From positions 56,752 to 120,751 of the IMG/VR virus record IMGVR_UViG_3300047510_002627: 64,000 bases of DNA; one strand, written 5' to 3'. The position numbers and the translations under genes were made by a program. The stretch comes from a virus. The notes under the pieces were generated by a model. That model did no database searches. It saw only the letters and a program-made list of their open reading frames with translations, and was not told the origin of the DNA. Positions 52,993 to 62,871 of the stretch are shown here, piece by piece. The stretch's first letter is position 1. Each line of letters opens with the position of its first letter.

Positions 52993-53786
52993 AGACGTGT
53001 ATTATAACTTATACTAATCGAAAGTTTGTATCAAAAGTACAAACAATGATTACTGAAATTAGAGAAATTGGAAAATATACCGAAGACATTGTTGTTATCA
53101 TTGGAGAAGATCTAAAAGATGAATTGGAATATATTGGTGATGATAGAGTTATTGTAAAATATTTTCCAGAAATTGATAGAGAAGAAAGTATTGCAAAACT
53201 GAGAAAAAAACCAATTACTGAGGGATTGGGAAATCCTGAGTTTAATAAAACATTTATGTGGCATAAACTCTACGCTTTTCATCCATTCTTCAAACAATGG
53301 GATAAGTGTTTTGCTATGGATGGTGGAATGAAAATTTTCAAACCATTAGATAAAATATTAAATCTCGATTGTAAAAATTCTATTCTAGCTCATTATGATG
53401 GATATCCAACTAATAATGATTGGAAATTGAGAAGACAATTTGATGATACTCAATTCCCAGAAATTTTTGCAGAATTGGAAAGTGAATTTGATTTGGATAT
53501 TGATTACTTTCAAGCAACAATGTTCATTTATGATACTTTTTTACTTAAAGAAGATACTTTTGATACTATCATTGATCTTTCTAAGAAATATTTCACCAGT
53601 AAACTTACGGATCAAGGTATAGTAAATCTATATTTTAATAATAAAAAGTATTATAACGTTTGGAAGCAAATTCAAATTAAGGATCATGAAACTTATTATT
53701 ATGATTATATGGAAAGAGATAATTTGAATTATACAAATTACATAATGTTAAAAAGAGCACATACTTGTCCTCATTGGAGACCTTAA
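52989..53786 (+). CDS. GT8-like glycosyltransferase
   Basis: KLYAF, YFQA, DQGIVNLYF motifs. Confidence 0.6.
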   Translation: MKTCIITYTNRKFVSKVQTMITEIREIGKYTEDIVVIIGEDLKDELEYIGDDRVIVKYFPEIDREESIAKLRKKPITEGLGNPEFNKTFMWHKLYAFHPFFKQWDKCFAMDGGMKIFKPLDKILNLDCKNSILAHYDGYPTNNDWKLRRQFDDTQFPEIFAELESEFDLDIDYFQATMFIYDTFLLKEDTFDTIIDLSKKYFTSKLTDQGIVNLYFNNKKYYNVWKQIQIKDHETYYYDYMERDNLNYTNYIMLKRAHTCPHWRP

Positions 53787-54536
53787 ATGAAATCCATCAG
53801 TTTAGCTATACCGTTTTATAATACCTCTAAATTTTTTTTAGATTGTATTAAATATTCTATTGATAATGAATTTGTTTCTGAAATTGTAGTAAATGATGAT
53901 TGCTCCAATTCAGAAGAATGGAAGAATCTTAACGTATTGGTGAAAACTTTAGGCAGTGAAAAAATTAAAATTTTTAGAAACGATAAAAATGTTAAAGCAT
54001 TTAGAAACAAATATATAACTGTAAACAGGTGTACAAACGAATGGGTATATTTGTTGGATAGTGATAATTATCCATTTGAAAATAATTATGACATTTTAAA
54101 AGAAGTTGACCAAACTTTAGAATACATCTGTTATTCTCCTTGTAAATTATTTTGCAAGTATGATCATCAATATGAATATCAAACTATATCAGATTACTCG
54201 TTTAAATATGATTTGATAGGAATTGAAGAATCAAAAGATGCAATATTTAAAAAGACGAAGTGGTTTGATTGGTTTTTAAACACTGGAAATTATTTCTTTA
54301 ATAGAAATTTTTATTTGGACAGTTTGAAAGAAGCATTTTTAGATGAGTCTGTTCCTTTGTTGGATGCTGATACTGCGGCGGCTTTTTATTTTTGGTTAAA
54401 AAACAATGGACAATTTAAAGTTATTCAAAATTTATCTCACAACCATAGACTTAGAGATGATAGTAACTGGTATTCTTGCGGCCAAAATTCTCAATTGTCC
54501 GTAGATTATTACAAAGAATTAATTACAGATTTATGA
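53787..54536 (+). CDS. GT2-family glycosyltransferase
   Basis: IPFYN, VNDDCS, LLDSDN. Confidence 0.8.
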   Translation: MKSISLAIPFYNTSKFFLDCIKYSIDNEFVSEIVVNDDCSNSEEWKNLNVLVKTLGSEKIKIFRNDKNVKAFRNKYITVNRCTNEWVYLLDSDNYPFENNYDILKEVDQTLEYICYSPCKLFCKYDHQYEYQTISDYSFKYDLIGIEESKDAIFKKTKWFDWFLNTGNYFFNRNFYLDSLKEAFLDESVPLLDADTAAAFYFWLKNNGQFKVIQNLSHNHRLRDDSNWYSCGQNSQLSVDYYKELITDL

Positions 54537-55405
54537 TACGTATTGCTGAAGTTCCTGAGGCATTTATGCCTCCTTTGCCAAATGTATATCCTCCACATCA
54601 AGGAACAAATCCAATGATTGAAGAGAGGGCATATTCTTTCTTTTCGTCAAAAGAAGAATTGGAGTCTGATTATATTTACATACCAATTCAATGGACTTCT
54701 TGGCACATTGATAATAATTACGGACAAAACACAAGTCCTCTAATTGAATTTTGTAATCAATTGACCGAGAAACATCCAAATGAAAAGTTTTTTACTGTGG
54801 TTCAATATGATGGTGGAACATTAGTTCCAATTGATAACTGTAAGATATTCGCTTCTTCTGGAAGTTTTAGTTCTCCAATTGGAAAAGATTCTTTATATGA
54901 ACCTATTCCACTTTTGTGTGATCCCCATAATGGATTACCTAAGGAAGTGAGAGAGTATAAAGTTGGATTTGTTGGGAGAGATACTCATCATGTGAGATCT
55001 AAAATGTATGAGATTCTTTCTAAAATACCAGATTATAAATTTGTTATGAATGCTTACCATAATCAAACTGAAATTTTTCGTGAGGTTTTATATAATTCAG
55101 TATTTGCACTTTCTCCACGGGGTTTTGGTTCAGCTTCATTTAGAATGTATGAGGCAATTCAAATGCAATGCGTTCCAATTTACATTACTGATGAATTTTG
55201 GTTGCCCTTTACAGAATACATCGATTGGAGTAAAATGTGTTTGTTGATTGATGTTGATGAAATTCACACAATACCAAACAAAGTTGATCAATTATTAGAA
55301 AGTGGGGAATATCAAAACATGATAGATTATGGGCAGGAGATATATGAAAAACATTTAACTTGGGATGGATGTCTAAATACGATTGCTAAAATTTTAAGAC
55401 CATAA
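54533..55405 (+). CDS. Exostosin/GT47-family glycosyltransferase
   Basis: FVG, SVFALSPRG.G..SFR.YEA....CVP, LPF. Confidence 0.8.
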   Translation: MIRIAEVPEAFMPPLPNVYPPHQGTNPMIEERAYSFFSSKEELESDYIYIPIQWTSWHIDNNYGQNTSPLIEFCNQLTEKHPNEKFFTVVQYDGGTLVPIDNCKIFASSGSFSSPIGKDSLYEPIPLLCDPHNGLPKEVREYKVGFVGRDTHHVRSKMYEILSKIPDYKFVMNAYHNQTEIFREVLYNSVFALSPRGFGSASFRMYEAIQMQCVPIYITDEFWLPFTEYIDWSKMCLLIDVDEIHTIPNKVDQLLESGEYQNMIDYGQEIYEKHLTWDGCLNTIAKILRP

Positions 55406-55427
55406 TAAAAATAATCTGAGGTGTACT

Positions 55428-56057
55428 ATGTTATTGGATTTCAATCAAATTTTAAAAAAATACAATATGGATATAACAGGAATTATTCATATTGGTGCCC
55501 ACTATGGAGATGAGGTTATTGATAATTATATTGTCAATGGTATAACAGATATCATTCTTTTTGAACCAGTTTCAAGAACATTTGATATTCTTGAAGACAG
55601 GATGAAAGATTTGAATGCCAATATCTCTGCTTATCAAGTAGCACTTGGAAGTGAAAAAGGAAAGGCATCCATAAACATAAACACCAATAATGACGGAAAA
55701 AGTTCATCACTATTAAAACCAAAGCAACATCTTATTGATCACTCTTGGGTTCTTTTTGATGGTACAGAAGAAGTTGAAGTAGATACTTTAGATAGTTACG
55801 ATACTGGGAATGCTAATTTTATTAATATCGATGTGCAGGGGTATGAATTAGAAGTATTCAAAGGATCTCAAAATACACTTACAAAAATAGATTATATTAT
55901 TAGTGAAGTTAATAGAGCTGAAATGTATGAACAAAATGTTTTAGTAACTGATTTAGATAATTATCTTTCGCAATATGGGTTTAAACGAGTAGAAACTTTT
56001 TGGCCCACAGAAGAATACAATTGGGGTGATGCTCTTTATATTAAAGAAAAGCAATGA
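55428..56057 (+). CDS. FkbM-family methyltransferase
   Basis: IHIGAH, FEP, IDVQGYELEV. Confidence 0.88.
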   Translation: MLLDFNQILKKYNMDITGIIHIGAHYGDEVIDNYIVNGITDIILFEPVSRTFDILEDRMKDLNANISAYQVALGSEKGKASININTNNDGKSSSLLKPKQHLIDHSWVLFDGTEEVEVDTLDSYDTGNANFINIDVQGYELEVFKGSQNTLTKIDYIISEVNRAEMYEQNVLVTDLDNYLSQYGFKRVETFWPTEEYNWGDALYIKEKQ

Positions 56058-56896
56058 TGAATAAAAGGCAAATTTATGGAATTGGCAGTCTTATAGATAT
56101 GATTGCTCAATATCCTCATATATTTTGTTCCAGCGGAACTAACAAACCTAAAGAATATGAATGGTCTTCAAAGACTGATGAAAATCATTTAATTTTTATT
56201 GATCAATATATTTTTAATTCATCATCATTTAAAAATAAGTTTAAATTTGCATGGTTAATGGAACCAGAATGTGTAATTCCAAATGTCTATAGACATGTGG
56301 AAAAAAATATTGAAGACTTTGATCTTATTTTTACTCATGATAAACAAATCTTAAGTCTTTCCGAAAAGGCAAAGTTTACTCCTTTTGGTGGTATTTGGAT
56401 TGAACCAGAAAATAGATTTGTTCAAGAAAAAAATAAATTAAATTCTTTTCTTTTTTCTGAAAAGCGTTCAACTCCTGGACATAGATTTAGACATGAAGTA
56501 GCAAAAAATATCACTGGGGTTAATATTGACATGTTTGGTAATGGTGTTGGAAAACATCTTGAATCGAAAACAACATCCTTAAAGGATTATATGTTTTCAA
56601 TCATTATAGAAAATTCAAAAACTGATTATTGGTTCACCGAAAAAATAATAGATTGTTTTGCTGTGGGAACTATTCCAATATATTGGGGTTGTCCATCGAT
56701 AGGAAATTTTTTTGATACTAATGGGATTATTGTTTTTGACACAATTCAAGAACTTGAACAAATATTAAATAATTTGTCACCAGAGTATTACTATGATAGA
56801 CTTGATAGTATAAACAAAAACTTTGAAATTTCCAAAAAGTATTGGATTGCGGATGATTATATTTACTCTTATCTGAAGGATTATGATATCATTTAA
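56054..56896 (+). CDS. GT10 alpha-1,3/4-fucosyltransferase-like protein
   Basis: Y.FSI.IENS....WFTEKI...F..GTIPIYWG motif. Confidence 0.85.
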   Translation: MMNKRQIYGIGSLIDMIAQYPHIFCSSGTNKPKEYEWSSKTDENHLIFIDQYIFNSSSFKNKFKFAWLMEPECVIPNVYRHVEKNIEDFDLIFTHDKQILSLSEKAKFTPFGGIWIEPENRFVQEKNKLNSFLFSEKRSTPGHRFRHEVAKNITGVNIDMFGNGVGKHLESKTTSLKDYMFSIIIENSKTDYWFTEKIIDCFAVGTIPIYWGCPSIGNFFDTNGIIVFDTIQELEQILNNLSPEYYYDRLDSINKNFEISKKYWIADDYIYSYLKDYDII

Positions 56897-57716
56897 TAAT
56901 ATTGGTAATTATGGAAGATTAGGAAACCAGATGTTTCAATATGCTTCTTTAAAGGGGATTGCAAGAAAGCATGGATATGATTTTTGCATTCCACCTAAAG
57001 AAAACTTTGGAACTGTAGATCCTAAAGTTCGTGATGCTGGATGTGACATTTATGATGTGTTTGATTTGCAAAAGAATAATATTATTAAAGTAACATCAAA
57101 TATAGATTTAAAAGAATCTACTATGAACTTTGATGAAAATTTATTTGAAACTTGTCCAGATAATGTAAACATAGATGGGTATTTCCAATCTGAAAAATAT
57201 TTCAAACACATTGAAGATGAGATTCGTAAGGACTTCATGTTTGATGAAAACATACTTGCAGATGCCAATGAATTCCTTACAAAATTTTATCCAGGTGAAG
57301 ACGTAATTTCGTTGCATATACGTAGAACGGATTATAAGGAATATCCAAATCATCATCCAATTTGTTCTTTGAATTATTATCAAAATGCATTATCTTTAAT
57401 TGACTCATTAATTTTCGGTGAAAGGATAGACGAAAAGGCACCAGTAATTATTTTTACGGATGATGAAGAATGGATTGAAACACAAAGTTTATTTAATGAT
57501 GATAGATTCGTAATATCTCAAAACAATACTGTAGATTTTGATTTGTGCTTAATGTCTTGTTGTGATTATCATATAATTGCAAATAGTTCTTTTAGTTGGT
57601 GGGGTGCTTGGTTATCTAAGAGTAAAGGTGTCATAGCACCTAAAAAGTGGTTTGGTGAGTCTTATTCTGATTGGAACCCCGAAGATAGATTTTTAAAAAA
57701 TTGGGTGACGTTATGA
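56883..57716 (+). CDS. GT11 alpha-1,2-fucosyl/colitosyltransferase (paralog of 52195)
   Basis: GRLGNQMFQYA, HIRRTDY, NSSFSWWGAWL. Confidence 0.9.
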   Translation: MISFNNIGNYGRLGNQMFQYASLKGIARKHGYDFCIPPKENFGTVDPKVRDAGCDIYDVFDLQKNNIIKVTSNIDLKESTMNFDENLFETCPDNVNIDGYFQSEKYFKHIEDEIRKDFMFDENILADANEFLTKFYPGEDVISLHIRRTDYKEYPNHHPICSLNYYQNALSLIDSLIFGERIDEKAPVIIFTDDEEWIETQSLFNDDRFVISQNNTVDFDLCLMSCCDYHIIANSSFSWWGAWLSKSKGVIAPKKWFGESYSDWNPEDRFLKNWVTL

Positions 57717-58378
57717 AAACATTAAATGATTATTTTGATCAAGTATACTGCATAAATCTTGATAAGAGAACTGATAGATGGGAAGAATCGCAAGAAGAAT
57801 TCCAAAAACATGATATTACTGCTGAGAGATTTAGTGCTTTAAGTGGTAATGATTTTCCTAAAGATTCTGTATTGGGAAAGAGATATAGATCTATTGGTTT
57901 AAATTCTGGGCAAGTTGGTTGCTCTATTTCCCATAGAGAATTGGTGAAAAAAATAAAGTTAAAAAAATTAAACAACGCATTAATACTTGAAGATGATGTG
58001 GAGTTTGATGATAACTTAAATGAAGTTTTACCTACTGTGATGGATGAAGTTCCTGGTGATTGGGACATGTTATATTTTGGAGGAAATCATTGTGGTAACA
58101 ATGTTTGGAATCCTCAGAGTACATTGGAGCAAATATCTAAAAATATTTTTAAAGTTACAAACTGCTATGCAACACATGCATATGCCATTAGAAATACAGT
58201 GTATGATAAAATAATTTCTGTTTGGGAGGATGATGTCATAGATCATGTAGATGTTTGTTTATCGAAGGTTCAAGCAGAAGTTAATTGCTATATTATTAGA
58301 CCACATCTGGCATGGCAAAGACCTAGTTTTTCTGATTTGCAGAAACAATTTGAAACTTATGATTTTTTAAAAAACTAA
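57713..58378 (+). CDS. GT25 glycosyltransferase
   Basis: YCINL..R.DR, GC..SH, LILEDD. Confidence 0.87.
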   Translation: MKTLNDYFDQVYCINLDKRTDRWEESQEEFQKHDITAERFSALSGNDFPKDSVLGKRYRSIGLNSGQVGCSISHRELVKKIKLKKLNNALILEDDVEFDDNLNEVLPTVMDEVPGDWDMLYFGGNHCGNNVWNPQSTLEQISKNIFKVTNCYATHAYAIRNTVYDKIISVWEDDVIDHVDVCLSKVQAEVNCYIIRPHLAWQRPSFSDLQKQFETYDFLKN

Positions 58379-58379
58379 A

Positions 58380-59084
58380 ATGACTAATATTTCTATAGCA
58401 ATCCCAACTTGGGAATCTTATGGTAGAGGTTCAGAATTTCTTGATGATTTATTGAGAACCATTGAAATTCAAAAAGGTCATCATTCCTATGAAGTTTGCA
58501 TTTCTGACCATAGTAAAGATGATGAAGTGCTTAATAAAGTTGAAGAATTTAAAGACAGACTTCCAATTCGTTATCAACGAAATGAAAATGATTATGGAAA
58601 TGGTCCAGCAAATACTAACAAAGCAATTGAAATGTGTTCTGGGGATATGATAAAAGTCATGTTCCAGGACGATTTCTTTTATGATGATGAGGCACTTGAA
58701 AAGATTTACAATGCGTTGTATAATAGTGACAAGGTTTGGTTATTGAATGGATGTAATCACACTGCTGATCATGGAAACTCATTTTATTGGGATTTGTATC
58801 CAAGATTCAATGATAAATTATTAGATGGAACTAACACTTTAAGTTCTCCATCTGTTTTATCTTTTAAAAGGGAAGTTAAAAATAGATTTGATGAAAATCT
58901 TGTTCACTTTATGGACATTGATTTTTTCTATGGAATGAGACTTGATCATGGAGATCCTATATTTTTAGATGATGTTTTAATTTCAAATAGGTTTCCAAAT
59001 GATGCATCAATTTCAAGTAATGCACCAAAAGATTTCACAAAAGAATCTAAGTACTGTAAAGAAAAGTATGGAGTAAATGTATGA
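58380..59084 (+). CDS. GT2-family glycosyltransferase
   Basis: IAIPT, ISDHS, N.N.AI, FQDD. Confidence 0.8.
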   Translation: MTNISIAIPTWESYGRGSEFLDDLLRTIEIQKGHHSYEVCISDHSKDDEVLNKVEEFKDRLPIRYQRNENDYGNGPANTNKAIEMCSGDMIKVMFQDDFFYDDEALEKIYNALYNSDKVWLLNGCNHTADHGNSFYWDLYPRFNDKLLDGTNTLSSPSVLSFKREVKNRFDENLVHFMDIDFFYGMRLDHGDPIFLDDVLISNRFPNDASISSNAPKDFTKESKYCKEKYGVNV

Positions 59085-59701
59085 TTGATTTTATTATACC
59101 TTCTATTGCAAGGCCAACACTCAATAGAACATTAAAATCTATACAAGAACAACAATTTATGTTTGCTAAAGACAAAAATTGGAATGTATTTGTTGGATTT
59201 GATGGAATATCTGCGACTAACATTGAGTATAATAATTTAATTCAAGATGATAAATTTAATTTCATCTTCTTTGAAGAAAAACTTGGTAAGGTTGGAGAAT
59301 ATGGAATAGGTAATGCTGGTATTGTTAGGAATGAAATTATAAAAAAAGTAAATTCCCCTAATAAATGGATTGCTTTTGTTGATGACGATGATACTTTAAC
59401 TCCATATTATATTGATAGTTTGTCTGTAGAACTTGAAAACTCAGACCCTCCTTTTGATGTATGTGTCTTCAGAATGAGGTATGATCCAGGTGGAGAAAGA
59501 ATTCTTCCTCCAATAATGAATGATGAATTGGAAGAAGATAAAGTTGGTATATCTTTCTGCGTAAAGAAGGACTTTATCAAAAAACATAATATAAAGTTTG
59601 TCAATGATATACGAGAAGATTTTAAATTCTTGATGGATTTAAAAAACGCTGGAGCAGTTATAAAAGTTTCAAAGTATGTTACTTATAACGTGGGGTTTTG
59701 A
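59081..59701 (+). CDS. GT2-like glycosyltransferase
   Basis: IIPSI.R, AG..RN, FVDDDD, EDF. Confidence 0.75.
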   Translation: MIDFIIPSIARPTLNRTLKSIQEQQFMFAKDKNWNVFVGFDGISATNIEYNNLIQDDKFNFIFFEEKLGKVGEYGIGNAGIVRNEIIKKVNSPNKWIAFVDDDDTLTPYYIDSLSVELENSDPPFDVCVFRMRYDPGGERILPPIMNDELEEDKVGISFCVKKDFIKKHNIKFVNDIREDFKFLMDLKNAGAVIKVSKYVTYNVGF

Positions 59702-59704
59702 TTT

Positions 59705-61123
59705 ATGATTAACTTTGTTGTACCTAGTATTGGTAGGGAAACTTTAAAATTTACTTTGGAATCATTAGTTAATCAAACAGACCCTGATTGGGAATGTTGG
59801 GTTGGATTTGATGGGTTATCTGAAGAAGAAGTGAAAAGCGAAATTCTAATAAAAGATGAAAGGATTCATTACATTTATCTTAAAGATAAATTGGGAAATG
59901 CTGGACATCATGGAAATGCTGGATTAGTCAGAAATAGCATCATATCTCAGATTGATAATGATAGAAAATGGATAGGATTTGTAGATGATGACGACACTTT
60001 AAATATAGATTACGTTAAAACTACAAAACGAATTGAAGAAGAGGCTCCAGATTTTGATGCATGTGTCTATAGAATGCAATATGATAGGCATGGAATGAAG
60101 ATTATTCCTCCTCCAGGAATGAAACAAATTCAACAAAATTTTGTTGGTATTTCTTTTTTTGTAAAGAAAAAGTTTATTGACGATGCTAAAATTGAATTTG
60201 TGAATGATAATGCTGAAGACTTTAAATATTTGAGTTCTATCGGTGAAAATGGTGGAAAAATAGCAATTACTGAATTTGTAATGTATAATGTGAACGGACA
60301 TGAATATGCAAATGAGGAAGATGAAGATATGCATTTGATGGATAAAAATAAATCAGTTTATAAATTGAAGGATTTTGGTCCGATATATTGCATCAATTTG
60401 GATGGTCAACCAAATAGGTGGGACTATATGGAAAGGCAATTTAAGCATTGGGAATTAACTGATTATACTCGTATTACTGCTTATGATGGTAGAGAAGATG
60501 ATCTAAGTGATATTCTTGTTGGAAGGTATCCCGAAATGATGACTTCTGGAGAAATAGGTTGTGTAACATCTCATCTAAAGGCAATTAAGCATTGGTTGGA
60601 TACTTCAGATTCTCCATATGCAATCATTATGGAAGATGATTGCAACATAGACATGGCAAAGTTTTGGGATTTTACTTGGAGGGATTTTATTGCTAGGGCA
60701 CCTTATGCTTGGGATGTAATTCAATTGGCAATTATTTCTACAGGTGAAATTCATATTCCGATTCATACGAGATTTGTCAACGATTTCTCTACAGCATGTT
60801 ATGTAATTACAAGGCACCATGCTGAAAAATTAGTTAAGTATCATGTACGTGGTCATAAGTATAAACTTGACAATGGAGTTAAACCTAGACCAGTTGCTGA
60901 TGATTTGATTTATAATTCTGGTTGTACTTATGCATGTCCAATCTTCTTGTATAAGATTCAATTGGGATCTTCCATCCATCCTGAACATGTGGACATTTTC
61001 CATAGACAATCGCATAATGGACTCTTAAACTTTTGGTCTCAAAGGGGGTCACAGATGTCTCTTAGTGATATAACTAAATTCGACCCCTATCTTGGTAGAA
61101 TTTCTGGAACTTCCCAACAGTAA
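59705..61123 (+). CDS. Two-domain glycosyltransferase (GT2-like N-terminus + GT25 C-terminus)
   Basis: N-terminal half is paralogous to 59081; C-terminal half has YCINLD, GC..SH, MEDD. Confidence 0.8.
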   Translation: MINFVVPSIGRETLKFTLESLVNQTDPDWECWVGFDGLSEEEVKSEILIKDERIHYIYLKDKLGNAGHHGNAGLVRNSIISQIDNDRKWIGFVDDDDTLNIDYVKTTKRIEEEAPDFDACVYRMQYDRHGMKIIPPPGMKQIQQNFVGISFFVKKKFIDDAKIEFVNDNAEDFKYLSSIGENGGKIAITEFVMYNVNGHEYANEEDEDMHLMDKNKSVYKLKDFGPIYCINLDGQPNRWDYMERQFKHWELTDYTRITAYDGREDDLSDILVGRYPEMMTSGEIGCVTSHLKAIKHWLDTSDSPYAIIMEDDCNIDMAKFWDFTWRDFIARAPYAWDVIQLAIISTGEIHIPIHTRFVNDFSTACYVITRHHAEKLVKYHVRGHKYKLDNGVKPRPVADDLIYNSGCTYACPIFLYKIQLGSSIHPEHVDIFHRQSHNGLLNFWSQRGSQMSLSDITKFDPYLGRISGTSQQ

Positions 61124-61146
61124 AAGTGGTGATTTCCGCACCCCCC

Positions 61147-61180
61147 TTGACAACCTGAAAAAAATCCTGTATCATAAATA
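61147..61180 (+). promoter_or_regulatory. Overlapping sigma70 and late promoters for the porin
   Basis: TTGACA-17-TATCAT overlapping ATAAATA. Confidence 0.7.
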
Positions 61181-61244
61181 CATCGAGTTGAGTTGTAACA
61201 AAACTTAACTCGTTTTTCTTTAGTAAATTATTTTCTAATCGATT

Positions 61245-62726
61245 ATGAATTTTCTCAAACAACTGATGTTTGTACCTGTTGCACTGGGTCTTGTTGCTCC
61301 TGCGGTAAATGCCGCAGAACTCAATACTGAGGATATCAACAAGTATGCCTCTGCTGAACAGGTTACTAACATTACTCAATTCTCTGATGTTCAACCTACC
61401 GATTGGGCATATCAGGCACTCAGTAATCTCGTTGCCCGTTATGGTTGCGTAGCAGGTTATCCTAACGGCACCTATGGTGGTGGTAAGGCGATGACTCGTT
61501 TTGAGGCAGCAGCACTTCTGAATGCTTGCCTTGATCGTGTAACCGAAACTACCGATGAACTGCGTAAACTTCTTGTTGAATTCCAGCAGGAACTGATTGT
61601 TCTCCGTGGTCGTGTAGATGGTTTGGAAGCAAAGGTTGGTGTGCTTGAGGCACAGCAATTTTCTACTACTACCAAACTGAAGGGCGAAGCAACCTTTGTT
61701 CTGGGTGGAGTTCCTGGACTTGAAACTAATGCTGGTGGAAACGTTGGCAACACCGCATTTAATTATGATGTCCGTCTGAACTTCGACACCTCGTTCACTG
61801 GTCGTGATCTTCTTCGCACTCGTCTGCGTTCTGCTAACTTCAGCAGTGATCCTTTCGGTTCGTCTTCTTCCATGTTCAAACTGGACAAGGCAGACAACAC
61901 TACTGCTCTGACTGGAGACAATGTTGTTCTTGATCGTCTCTACTATCAGTTCCCTGTGAGTGATAGTGTGACCATCACTGCTGGTCCTAAGGTTCGTAAC
62001 ACTGAGATGGCATGGGTTCCTTCTGCTTATAAGTCGGAAATCCTTGACTTCTTCCAAGTTGCTGGTGCTCCTGGTGTCTATAACAAGGCAACTGGTGCTG
62101 GTGTTGGTGCTCAGTATATCGGCAAGGGTGGATTCGTTGCTGGTCTGAACTATGTTGCCGAAGATGGTGAGAATAGTTCTACTGGTGTCTTTGATTCCGA
62201 TGGTGCTCTGAACTTCATTGCTCAACTCGGTTACAAAGGATCTAACTGGGGTATTGGTGCTGGTTATCGTTATGGTTCTGAGGGCACCCGTCCTCGCACC
62301 TACAATGGTCTCCTGGGTGCCTCTGGTGCTCTTGTAGATGGTCAAGAATCTAATGCTGTTGCTATCAACGCATACTGGCAGCCTTCTGAATCTGGTTGGG
62401 TTCCTTCCATCAGTGCTGGTTACGGATATAACTTCGTAAGTGGCACTACTGGTAAGACTGATGCCACCGATTCGGATTCCTGGTTCGTTGGTCTTCAGTG
62501 GGCAGATGCTTTCTTTGCTGGTAATACCGCTGGTATTGCTGTCGGTCAAGCACCTTCCGCCGAAACCGCTGGTGTATCTGATGCCACGATGCTTGAGTTC
62601 TTCTACAAGTTCCAAGTTACCGACAACATCAGCATCACTCCTGCTCTGTTCTACGTTGACAACAATCAGCGTTATCAGGACAGCAGCAAGTGGGGTGGTG
62701 TAATCCAGACCAAGTTCACGTTCTGA
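61245..62726 (+). CDS. Cyanobacterial outer-membrane porin (SomA/B-like, SLH + OprB-type barrel)
   Basis: Signal peptide; FSDVQPTDWAYQAL..L..RYGC..GYP SLH motif; FSTTTKL.GE; C-terminal TKFTF. Confidence 0.93.
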   Translation: MNFLKQLMFVPVALGLVAPAVNAAELNTEDINKYASAEQVTNITQFSDVQPTDWAYQALSNLVARYGCVAGYPNGTYGGGKAMTRFEAAALLNACLDRVTETTDELRKLLVEFQQELIVLRGRVDGLEAKVGVLEAQQFSTTTKLKGEATFVLGGVPGLETNAGGNVGNTAFNYDVRLNFDTSFTGRDLLRTRLRSANFSSDPFGSSSSMFKLDKADNTTALTGDNVVLDRLYYQFPVSDSVTITAGPKVRNTEMAWVPSAYKSEILDFFQVAGAPGVYNKATGAGVGAQYIGKGGFVAGLNYVAEDGENSSTGVFDSDGALNFIAQLGYKGSNWGIGAGYRYGSEGTRPRTYNGLLGASGALVDGQESNAVAINAYWQPSESGWVPSISAGYGYNFVSGTTGKTDATDSDSWFVGLQWADAFFAGNTAGIAVGQAPSAETAGVSDATMLEFFYKFQVTDNISITPALFYVDNNQRYQDSSKWGGVIQTKFTF

Positions 62727-62749
62727 TAAATCACTCATAACCTGAGTGG

Positions 62750-62776
62750 AAGCACCCCTTTCTGGGGTGCTTTTTT
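62750..62776 (+). terminator. Terminator after the porin
   Basis: AAGCACCCC-TTTCT-GGGGTGCTT+T-run. Confidence 0.8.
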
Positions 62777-62792
62777 ATGTGTAAATCAAAAT

Positions 62793-62837
62793 CTTAACCA
62801 AATCTTAGTGGACTTTAATTTCCATCTTTAGTATAAT
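62793..62837 (+). promoter_or_regulatory. Putative Pho box and promoter of pstS
   Basis: CTTAACCA at 62793 and CTTAG 11 bp later; TGGACT-17-TATAAT. Confidence 0.55.
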
Positions 62838-62871
62838 TACTCACGAAGTCTTTATTTTTACTTCACTTTTT

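Noticed and set aside
61074-62738. 554-aa minus-strand ORF
   Set aside because: It is an in-register antisense shadow of the porin, explained by its biased codon usage, and has no recognisable motifs.
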